Below are positions 56,997 to 64,000 of a DNA stretch of 64,000 nucleotides, in pieces. Position 1 is the stretch's first letter, and every line of letters begins with the position of its first letter. The position numbers and the translations under genes were made by a program. Origin of the DNA: Paracoccus sp. (in: a-proteobacteria) (lineage in GTDB: Bacteria; Pseudomonadota; Alphaproteobacteria; Rhodobacterales; Rhodobacteraceae); contig NZ_JAUNTN010000003.1 of assembly GCF_030538695.1 (NCBI RefSeq), positions 13,678 to 77,677 on the forward strand, written 5' to 3'. Under the pieces are notes generated by a model. The model was given only the letters and a program-made list of their open reading frames with translations. It did not search any database and was not told the origin of the DNA.

Positions 56997-58055
56997 TTAT
57001 GCAAGATGCTCGGTGAAATAGGCTTGCAGCTTGTCCCAGGGGATTACACCGGCCTTATTGTCGTAAAGGTCGGTATGGGTCGCGCCGGGGACGATGAACA
57101 GTTCCTTGGGTTCCGCCGCCGCCTCATAGGCGGTTTCGCTGAAATAGCGCGAATGGGCCGCCTCGCCGTGGATCAGCAGGACCGGGCGGGGCGAGATTTC
57201 CGCGATATAGGTCAGCAGTGGCATGTTCATAAAGGACAGCGGCGTGGTGACGGACCATGCATTGCCGGAATTGACCGCACGCGGGTGATAGCCGCGCGGG
57301 GTGCGGTAATAATCGGCGTATTCCTTGACGAATTGCGGCTCGTCCCCGGTCAGATCCAGCGAGGGCGGGCCATAGGCGGGCGCGCCGTTTTCGGCATCTG
57401 TCCAGCGTTGCGCGGCCAGTTGCTCCAGCGTCTCGGCCCGCTGTTCGGGCGTGGTGCTGTCATTATAGCCGCGCGACATGACGCGGCTCATGTCATACAT
57501 GGTGCTGGTGGCCACGGCGCGCACGCGTTTGTCGATGGCCGCCGCGTTCAGCGCCATGCCGCCCCAGCCGCAAATGCCGATCATGCCGATGCGGTTCCGG
57601 TCCACCTCGGGGCGCAGGCCGATGGCGTCCACGGCGGCGCTGAAATCCTCGGTGTTGATGTCGGGTGAGGCGATGTTGCGCGGCTCGCCCCCGCTCTCGC
57701 CGGTGAAAGAGCCGTCAAAGGCCAGCGCGGCAAAGCCGCGTTCGGCCATGGTCTGCGCGTAAAGGCCCGAGGATTGTTCCTTGACCGCGCCAAACGGCCC
57801 GCCCACGACGATGGCGGGCAGGGGGCCGCCGCGGTCCTTGGGCAGATACAGGTCGCCCGACAGGGTGATGCCGTAGCGGTTCTTGAAGCTGATCTTTTCG
57901 TGATCGACGGTTTCGCTGCGAGGGAAAACCTTGTCCCATTCGGTTGTCATGGTTTGTGCCTTTGCGGTTGAGAGGGTGAGGGGCGCGCCAAGCATCAGGG
58001 CTGTCGCGCTGGTCAATTGCAGCAGGCTGCGGCGGTTGAGGCGATGATCGGGCAT
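56997..58055 (-). CDS. Tat-exported alpha/beta hydrolase
   Basis: RRSLLQL Tat signal; alpha/beta hydrolase with a GxSxG-like nucleophile elbow (IGICGWGG). Confidence 0.6.
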   Translation of the reverse strand: MPDHRLNRRSLLQLTSATALMLGAPLTLSTAKAQTMTTEWDKVFPRSETVDHEKISFKNRYGITLSGDLYLPKDRGGPLPAIVVGGPFGAVKEQSSGLYAQTMAERGFAALAFDGSFTGESGGEPRNIASPDINTEDFSAAVDAIGLRPEVDRNRIGMIGICGWGGMALNAAAIDKRVRAVATSTMYDMSRVMSRGYNDSTTPEQRAETLEQLAAQRWTDAENGAPAYGPPSLDLTGDEPQFVKEYADYYRTPRGYHPRAVNSGNAWSVTTPLSFMNMPLLTYIAEISPRPVLLIHGEAAHSRYFSETAYEAAAEPKELFIVPGATHTDLYDNKAGVIPWDKLQAYFTEHLA

Positions 58056-58148
58056 GTCTTATCCTTTCGATTGTGGACAAGATAACAAAAGAGGGTATGC
58101 CGGATTAGACGGGTAATTCGGCATAGACTTATACTGCTGGTTGCTTAA

Positions 58149-59180
58149 TCAGCCTGCGGCACTGACTTTGGCTGATGGGGCAGGCGGGGTCACGCTGTCA
58201 CGGATACGCAGGTCAAAAGGCATGACGTGGCGCAGTGGTGCCTTGGCCCCGCCGATCTGCGCCAGCAGCAATTCCGCCGCCCGCTGGCCGGTGGCGTGAT
58301 AGTCGTAATGCACCGTAGTCAGCGGCGGATTATAGGCGGCGGCGCTGTCGATGTCGCCCACACCGGCGACCGAGATTTCCCCCGGCACCGCAAGCCGCCG
58401 CTGGTGCAGGCGGCTGATTGCGCCGATGGCCAGCCGGTCGGTGACGGCCAGCACGGCGGTGGGTGTGCCGCGGTCGATATAAGGCACCAGCCGGTCGATT
58501 CCCGCCGCGCCATCGGCCAGATCGAACCCGCCCGAGACCATCAGCGCCGGGTCGGGCGTGATCCCCGCCGCTGCCAGCGCGTCCAGATAGCCGGCGCGGC
58601 GTTCCTGTCCGATCTGGATGTCCCAATCCGGGCCGCCGATCAGGCCGATGCGGCGGTGGCCGCTGCGGATCAGGTAATCGGTGATCTGGCGCAGCGCCCG
58701 GCGCTCGTCCTGAATGACCGAGGTAAAGCCCTGCGCACTGGCGTCCTGCCCCGTCACCACCACCGGCACACCCATCTGGCGCATGGTGGTCAGGTGCCGG
58801 TCGGTCAGGCGCGTTGCCAGCATCAGCACGCCGCTGACCCGGTGGCTGCGGAAAATGTCCAGATAGCGCAGTTCTTCGTCCGGGTCGTTGGCGGCATTGC
58901 CCAGCAGCGGGAACAGGCCACGCGCCGCCAGCGCCTGCGCCATGCCTGCCACGATCTGCCCCGAGGCATAGGAGTTGATGCGCGGAATGATGATCCCGAT
59001 GGCGTCAGAGCGGTTCGCTTTGAGGTTCTTGGCAATCCCGCTTGGCACATAGCCGGTTTCCGCGATGATCGCCTGAACCCGCGCCCGCAGCGTGGCGCTG
59101 ACATAGCCGGAATTGTTCAGCACCCGCGAAACGGTCGAGGTCGAAACCCCCGCCCGTTCGGCAAGTTCGCGGATATTCAT
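58149..59180 (-). CDS. LacI-family transcriptional regulator (sucrose/PTS operon repressor)
   Basis: N-terminal HTH MNIRELAERAGVSTSTVSRVLN plus periplasmic-binding-like sugar domain. Confidence 0.8.
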   Translation of the reverse strand: MNIRELAERAGVSTSTVSRVLNNSGYVSATLRARVQAIIAETGYVPSGIAKNLKANRSDAIGIIIPRINSYASGQIVAGMAQALAARGLFPLLGNAANDPDEELRYLDIFRSHRVSGVLMLATRLTDRHLTTMRQMGVPVVVTGQDASAQGFTSVIQDERRALRQITDYLIRSGHRRIGLIGGPDWDIQIGQERRAGYLDALAAAGITPDPALMVSGGFDLADGAAGIDRLVPYIDRGTPTAVLAVTDRLAIGAISRLHQRRLAVPGEISVAGVGDIDSAAAYNPPLTTVHYDYHATGQRAAELLLAQIGGAKAPLRHVMPFDLRIRDSVTPPAPSAKVSAAG

Positions 59181-59192
59181 TGCGGGGCCGCC

Positions 59193-61820
59193 TTAATGAC
59201 CGGGGAAGCGTTCAGCGAGCATGGCGCGGACCTGCGCGGCGTCCTCCAGCTTCAGCGCGGCTTCGGCGGCGTCGCGGCAGGTTGCCATGTCCAGTCCGCG
59301 CACCATCGCCTTGATCTCGGGCAGGGCGCCCGCGCTGGCGGACAGTTCGGTGACGCCAAGCCCGATCAGCACCGGCGCCGCCAGCGGAAAGGACGCAAGG
59401 TTGCCACAAACGCCGATCCAGCGGCCCTTTGCCGCCGCGCCCTGCGCGGTCAGCGCGATCAGGTGCAGAACGGCAGGGTGGAACGGGTCAAGTTGCGGTG
59501 CAAGGCGCGGGTTGATGCGGTCCATAGCCAGCGCATATTGCGTCAGGTCGTTGGTGCCGATGCTGAAAAAATCGACCTCATCTGCGAAACGCGCCGACAG
59601 CAGCGCGACCGAAGGCACCTCGACCATCACGCCCAATTCAATCGGTTCGGCCCGGCCAAGCGCCGCCATCTCGGCGTCGATCACGGCACGGACGTTGCGC
59701 AGATCCTCCAGCGTGGCGATCATCGGCAGCAGCAGCTTGACCACGCCGTAAGGTTTCACCCGCAGGATGGCGCGGATCTGGTCGCGCAGCAATTCGGGCT
59801 GGAACAGGCTCATACGGATGCCGCGCAGGCCAAGGGCGGGGTTTTCATCGGCGGGAAGCTGGACATAAGGCACGTCCTTGTCCGCGCCCGCGTCCAGCGT
59901 GCGGATCACCAGCGGCCGACCGTCCAGCGCATCGGCAATCGCCTGATACTGCTGGAACTGCTCCTCCTCGGTGGGTGCGGTGGCGCGGTCGAGATACAGG
60001 AACTCGGACCGCAGCAGGCCGCTGCCCTCGGCCCCGGCTTCCAGCGCGGGGGCGACATCGGCAAGCTGGCCGAGATTGGCCATAACCTCGATCCGGGTGC
60101 CGTCGGCCATGTGGCAGGTCTCGGCGGCATTGGCGCGGCTTTCGGCGGCGCGCTGGCGGCGGGCTTCGGCGCGGCTGCGGGCGGAGTCCAGATCGGCGGC
60201 GGGCGGGTTGATGCGCAGCGTGCCGGTCTCGCCCTCAAGGATGACGCTTTGCCCATCCGGCACCCGCATCGCATCGGGACCGGCGGCAACCACCATCGGC
60301 ACCCCACGCGCGCCGGCCAGAATGGCGATATGCGCGGTCGGGCCGGATGCGGCAAGGCAGATCCCCGCAAGCTGCGCCGGGTCGAGTTCTGCGAATTGTG
60401 AGGGCAGCAGGTCTTCGGCAAACACAACCGTGGGTTCGGTCAGGGTTACGCGGCTGTCGGCCTGCCCGGTCAGCAGGCGCACGACCCGGCGCTGCACATC
60501 GGCCAGATCGCTGGCGCGTTCGGCCATGACCGCATTGCCAAGGCTGCGCAGCGTGGTGATCTGTTCGTCCAGCGCGGTTTTCCACGCGAATGCGGCGCTT
60601 TTTCCCTGTTCAATCAGCGCCTTGGCAGCGTCCTGCAAGGCGGCGTCATCCAGAAAGGACAGATGCGCCTCCATGATGGCGGTCTGGGTGTGGTTCGCGC
60701 CGGTGGTGGCGTTGCGCAGGGCCTGCCGGGCAAGGTTCAGCGCATCGGTCAGGGCTGCGCCTTCGGCGGCCGGGTCGCGGCCGGTCTCGGGGACCTCCAG
60801 CGCGGCCTGCACCAGCCGCAGCGATTGGCCAATGCCAAGGCCCGGCACGGCGGACGCGCCGCTGAAATCCAGCGCCTCACCCATAGCCAGCAGAGGGGCG
60901 GCAGCGGTGACAGGGGCAGCGACAGGGGCCGCCGAAGGGGCTTCGGGCGCGGGGGTTGCGGTCCCGGTTTCGGGCGTGAAAGAGGCAATGAAATCCGCGA
61001 TGGCCTGCACGGCCTCGCGTCCCTCGGGACCGGCGGCGGCGATGGTCAGCCGGTCGCCCTTGGCCGCGCCCAGCGTCATCAGCGCGATGGGGCTGCGGGC
61101 GTCCACGGTCTTGCCATTCAGGCTGATGCTGACGCCGACCGGCGCGGATTTGGCGTGTTGCGCGATGATACCTGCGGGACGGGCGTGCAGGCCGAACGGG
61201 TCGATCAGCACGGCCTCGACACGGACGGCTTCGCCGGTCGTCGCCGCAGGGGTCTCGGTTGCCGCGCCTTCGGGGGTGAGGGTCAGCGCCGCATCACCCA
61301 CCGCCACCGCGCCGGGGGCCGCAAGGTCGGTCAGGGTGAAGCCTTCATTCGTCAGGATCACCGGAATCACCATGGACGGCACCTGCGCGGCAATCGCGTT
61401 ACGGTCAAAGCCGATCAGCGCCTGCCCCTGCCGCACGGCGTCGCCTTCGCGCACCTGCGGGCGAAAGCCCTTGCCGTTCAGCCCCACGGTGTCGATGCCA
61501 ATGTGCATCAGCACCTCGGCCCCGTTGCGGGCGCGCAGGGTCACGGCATGGCCAGTCGCAGGCAGGCTGATCACCGTGCCGTCAAAGGGGGCAACCAGCA
61601 TATCGGCTACCGGATCAATGGCAAAACCGTCGCCAAGCACCTTTTCCGCGAACACCGGGTCCGGCACATCGGCCAGCACCAGCAATTGCCCGCTGACAGG
61701 GGCAGCAACCGTGACCGGTCCGCTGATCGGGGACAGGTCCGGCGCGGGCTGTGCGGGTTCTGCTTTGGGTTCTGGCTTGGAATCGGGGGATTTGCTGCCG
61801 AACATGCCAAACAGTTTCAT
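59193..61820 (-). CDS. multiphosphoryl transfer protein: EIIA(Glc-type)-HPr-Enzyme I fusion
   Basis: N-terminal Crr-like EIIA (VFAEKVLGDGFAIDP...HIGIDTV), HPr (GLHARPA), EI PEP-utilising domains; 875 aa. Confidence 0.8.
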   Translation of the reverse strand: MKLFGMFGSKSPDSKPEPKAEPAQPAPDLSPISGPVTVAAPVSGQLLVLADVPDPVFAEKVLGDGFAIDPVADMLVAPFDGTVISLPATGHAVTLRARNGAEVLMHIGIDTVGLNGKGFRPQVREGDAVRQGQALIGFDRNAIAAQVPSMVIPVILTNEGFTLTDLAAPGAVAVGDAALTLTPEGAATETPAATTGEAVRVEAVLIDPFGLHARPAGIIAQHAKSAPVGVSISLNGKTVDARSPIALMTLGAAKGDRLTIAAAGPEGREAVQAIADFIASFTPETGTATPAPEAPSAAPVAAPVTAAAPLLAMGEALDFSGASAVPGLGIGQSLRLVQAALEVPETGRDPAAEGAALTDALNLARQALRNATTGANHTQTAIMEAHLSFLDDAALQDAAKALIEQGKSAAFAWKTALDEQITTLRSLGNAVMAERASDLADVQRRVVRLLTGQADSRVTLTEPTVVFAEDLLPSQFAELDPAQLAGICLAASGPTAHIAILAGARGVPMVVAAGPDAMRVPDGQSVILEGETGTLRINPPAADLDSARSRAEARRQRAAESRANAAETCHMADGTRIEVMANLGQLADVAPALEAGAEGSGLLRSEFLYLDRATAPTEEEQFQQYQAIADALDGRPLVIRTLDAGADKDVPYVQLPADENPALGLRGIRMSLFQPELLRDQIRAILRVKPYGVVKLLLPMIATLEDLRNVRAVIDAEMAALGRAEPIELGVMVEVPSVALLSARFADEVDFFSIGTNDLTQYALAMDRINPRLAPQLDPFHPAVLHLIALTAQGAAAKGRWIGVCGNLASFPLAAPVLIGLGVTELSASAGALPEIKAMVRGLDMATCRDAAEAALKLEDAAQVRAMLAERFPGH

Positions 61821-61847
61821 GTGGTTCCTTTCCGGGCGGCTGCGCCC

Positions 61848-63140
61848 TTAATCAATGCCCCGGCTCATCGGCCAGTATGTCAGCGCCAGTGGCACCGGGC
61901 TTGTGACGGTGATCCCCTGCGTCGCAGCAGGGGGATAGATGCGGGCGCTGATGGCGATTTCGCCGTCGCCCGCAAAGATTTCCACGCTCGAATGATCCGC
62001 CAGCACCCGCAGGCGGCACCCTTGGTCCGGGGTTAACGCGGCGTCAGCCAGCAGAGTTTCGCCTTCATACAGGGTTATTGCACCATTGCCGACCCGCAGC
62101 GTCGCATGGTCGCGGATGGTCAGCACCAGCGGTGCATCCGCCTGCACCAGCAGATCAAAGGCCCGTGCGTCAGGGATGCTCAGAGCATCGCCCGCCAGTT
62201 GGGTTTCCGGGCCGCGCAGCGCCGCCAGTTCCGCCACCGGCTGTTGCAGCAACCGGCCGTCGCGCAGGTGCAATTCCCGCGGCACCGTCAGACAGTGGAA
62301 CCAGCCATGGGCGACGCTTGGCGCGGTTTCCTGTTCCGGCAGGCCCATCCAGCCCAGCATGATCCGCCGCCCGTCCGGGTGCGCAAATGTCTGTGGCGCG
62401 TAAAAGTCGCGGCCATGATCCAGCCGCTGAAACGGGCCGTGGTCATAACCCGCCGAGGCCAGATCAACCCGGCCTGTGACATAGCCCGCCAGATTGCTGC
62501 CGGGGCGTTGCTCGGAAAACAGCAAGACATCGCTGCCGTCCAGCGCGAACAGGTCGGGACATTCGCACATATAGCCGTGATTGCCCGGCGTCAGCAGTTG
62601 CCCTGACAGCTCCCAATGGGTCAGGTCGGGGCTGTGCAGCAGGATGACGGTGCCTTGTTCAGTCTCGGTCTGGACGCCAAGCACCATCCGCCATGCGCCG
62701 TCCTGATACCACAGCTTCGGGTCACGGAAATGCGCCGTATAGCCGGGCAGGGGGCCGCTGATGACCGGGCCGTTTTTGGTAAATGCCACCCCATCTGCGG
62801 ACCGGGCAAGGCATTGATAGGTTTGACGGTTGCCGTCCTGATCCTTGACGTTGCCGGTATAGATCAGGGTCAGCCCGTCCGCATCCACCGCGCTGCCGGA
62901 ATAGCAGCCGTTCTTGTCAAACCAGTCGGTCGGGCCAATCGCGGCGGACAGGCGCTGCCAATGCGCCAGATCGGCGCTTGCGACATGGCCCCAGTGTTTG
63001 TTGCTATGGGTGCAGCCCGAGGGGTTCCACTGATAGAACACATGCGTCTGGCCGTTCCAGTGGATCAGCCCGTTCGGGTCATTCACCAGCCCTTGCGGGG
63101 CGCTGATGTGGAAGGCTTGTCGCCAGGGATCGTGTGTCAT
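61848..63140 (-). CDS. glycoside hydrolase family 32, sucrose-6-phosphate hydrolase-like (no signal peptide)
   Basis: GH32 N-terminal catalytic motif NDPNG, RDP, EC motifs; 430 aa. Confidence 0.8.
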   Translation of the reverse strand: MTHDPWRQAFHISAPQGLVNDPNGLIHWNGQTHVFYQWNPSGCTHSNKHWGHVASADLAHWQRLSAAIGPTDWFDKNGCYSGSAVDADGLTLIYTGNVKDQDGNRQTYQCLARSADGVAFTKNGPVISGPLPGYTAHFRDPKLWYQDGAWRMVLGVQTETEQGTVILLHSPDLTHWELSGQLLTPGNHGYMCECPDLFALDGSDVLLFSEQRPGSNLAGYVTGRVDLASAGYDHGPFQRLDHGRDFYAPQTFAHPDGRRIMLGWMGLPEQETAPSVAHGWFHCLTVPRELHLRDGRLLQQPVAELAALRGPETQLAGDALSIPDARAFDLLVQADAPLVLTIRDHATLRVGNGAITLYEGETLLADAALTPDQGCRLRVLADHSSVEIFAGDGEIAISARIYPPAATQGITVTSPVPLALTYWPMSRGID

Positions 63141-63192
63141 GGCTGGCCCTCTTGTGGCTGGCGGCGGGGGCGTGGCCGCCCCCGTCCGTTGT

Positions 63193-64000
63193 TCAGGCTT
63201 GCTTGGCCTTCGGTCCGGTCAGGGCGAACAGGTAAGACCCCACGCAGGCCACGCCAAAGGCAATCGCCATGCCGATGATATAGTTCAGCATCGAGGCGGG
63301 CTGCACGATGGCGATGCCGGGCACCCCGGTCACGCCCACCGCCGTCATGCCGACTTTGGTCGCCACGACATAGGCACCGCCGACCGCGCCACCGACAGCA
63401 GCCGCAAAGAAGGCGCGGATAAAGCGCAGGTTGATGCCGAACAGCGCGGCCTCGGTGATGCCCAGCAGGCAGGACAGCGAGGCGGGCAGGGCGATCTGGC
63501 GCACCTTCTGGTCATCGCTGCGCAGGAACACGCCAAGCGCCGCGCCGCCCTGCGCCACGTTTGCCATGGCCCAAATCGGCAGCAGGAAGTTCACCGCAAT
63601 CGCAGGATTGGCCAGCAGGCCCGCCTCGATTGCGTGGAAGCTGTGGTGAACGCCGGTAATGACGATGGCGGAATACAGCCCGCCGAACACCAGACCCGCC
63701 AGCGGCCCACCGACGTTATACAGCCATTGCAGCCCGAACGAGATGCCATCGCCCAAGCCCCGGCCCAGCGGTCCCAGCACCATCAGCGCGAAAAACGCCG
63801 AGATCAGTAGCGTCAGGAACGGCGTCAGCACGATGTCCAGCATATCCGGCACCACGCGGCGGACGGCACGGTTGACGTAGGACATGACCCAGACGGCAAT
63901 CAGGATCGGCAGCACCGTTCCCTGATAGCCAAGCTGCGCGACCTGCATCCCGAACAGATCCCAATATTCGCTGACGCCGCCGCCCACGGTCCAGGCGTTT
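63193..64000 (-). CDS. PTS EIIC (glucose/sucrose-family EIIBC, C-terminal part; 5' end outside window)
   Basis: Polytopic Glc-family EIIC sequence; frame continues past the window end. Confidence 0.7.
   Translation of the reverse strand, partial: NAWTVGGGVSEYWDLFGMQVAQLGYQGTVLPILIAVWVMSYVNRAVRRVVPDMLDIVLTPFLTLLISAFFALMVLGPLGRGLGDGISFGLQWLYNVGGPLAGLVFGGLYSAIVITGVHHSFHAIEAGLLANPAIAVNFLLPIWAMANVAQGGAALGVFLRSDDQKVRQIALPASLSCLLGITEAALFGINLRFIRAFFAAAVGGAVGGAYVVATKVGMTAVGVTGVPGIAIVQPASMLNYIIGMAIAFGVACVGSYLFALTGPKAKQA

Noticed and set aside
1-64000. tRNA, rRNA, CRISPR arrays, IS elements, integrases and transposases
   Set aside because: None recognised. There are no tRNA-like conserved T-arm or acceptor patterns in the intergenic regions, no direct-repeat/spacer arrays, and no DDE or tyrosine-recombinase-like ORFs.

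Overview
This is a high-GC (~65%) chromosomal segment from what is most likely a Rhodobacterales-type alphaproteobacterium (inferred from gene content such as the smoEFGK-smoS-mtlK polyol operon; no database search was run). It is densely packed with mostly metabolic operons. In order along the window:
- thiBPQ thiamine ABC transporter (5' end truncated by the window) and metNIQ methionine ABC transporter, followed by a DadA-like FAD oxidoreductase.
- A ~1.5 kb lower-GC, gene-poor patch carrying a truncated S24 (LexA/CI-type) peptidase fragment and small membrane/HTH ORFs, read as a decayed mobile-element remnant.
- A large purine-to-ammonia catabolic supercluster. One operon is dgt-allA-(puuE::uraD fusion), with the genes translationally coupled. 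Divergent from it are uraH and puuD. An SLC13/TrkA-C permease follows. A second operon is xdhABC-guaD-glcB, ending in malate synthase G. A complete urease cluster, ureD-ureA-ureJ-ureB-ureC-ureE-ureF-ureG, follows.
- A lipoprotein cell-wall hydrolase and a DEAD-box helicase with a long basic tail.
- smoC plus smoEFGK-smoS-mtlK-HAD-xylB (sorbitol/mannitol).
- A LysR regulator with a tctCBA tripartite tricarboxylate transporter fused to quinate/shikimate genes (a QuiC1-like 3-dehydroshikimate dehydratase and a shikimate/quinate dehydrogenase).
- A small accessory cassette: a strong terminator, an N-terminally truncated epimerase, a 733-aa glycosyltransferase with an N-terminal unknown domain and a C-terminal coiled coil, and a sulfotransferase-like protein.
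- pobR, an aldehyde dehydrogenase and pobA.
- Two Tat-exported proteins.
- A sucrose-type PTS operon: a LacI regulator, a tri-domain EIIA(Glc)-HPr-EI protein, a GH32 sucrose-6-P hydrolase and an EIIC that is partial at the window edge.

The observation I rate highest is a family of ~67-bp palindromic intergenic elements with perfect or near-perfect 13-18 bp inverted arms around a conserved 31-nt loop: two full copies and one half copy, each flanked by G5C/GC5 mini-hairpins. Other features include compensated stem-loops that keep the loop CTGACC after two unrelated substrate-binding-protein genes, and candidate operator repeats in two divergent promoters. No tRNA, rRNA, CRISPR array, integrase or transposase was recognised. 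The many long antisense ORFs in the six-frame track are high-GC frame artefacts.
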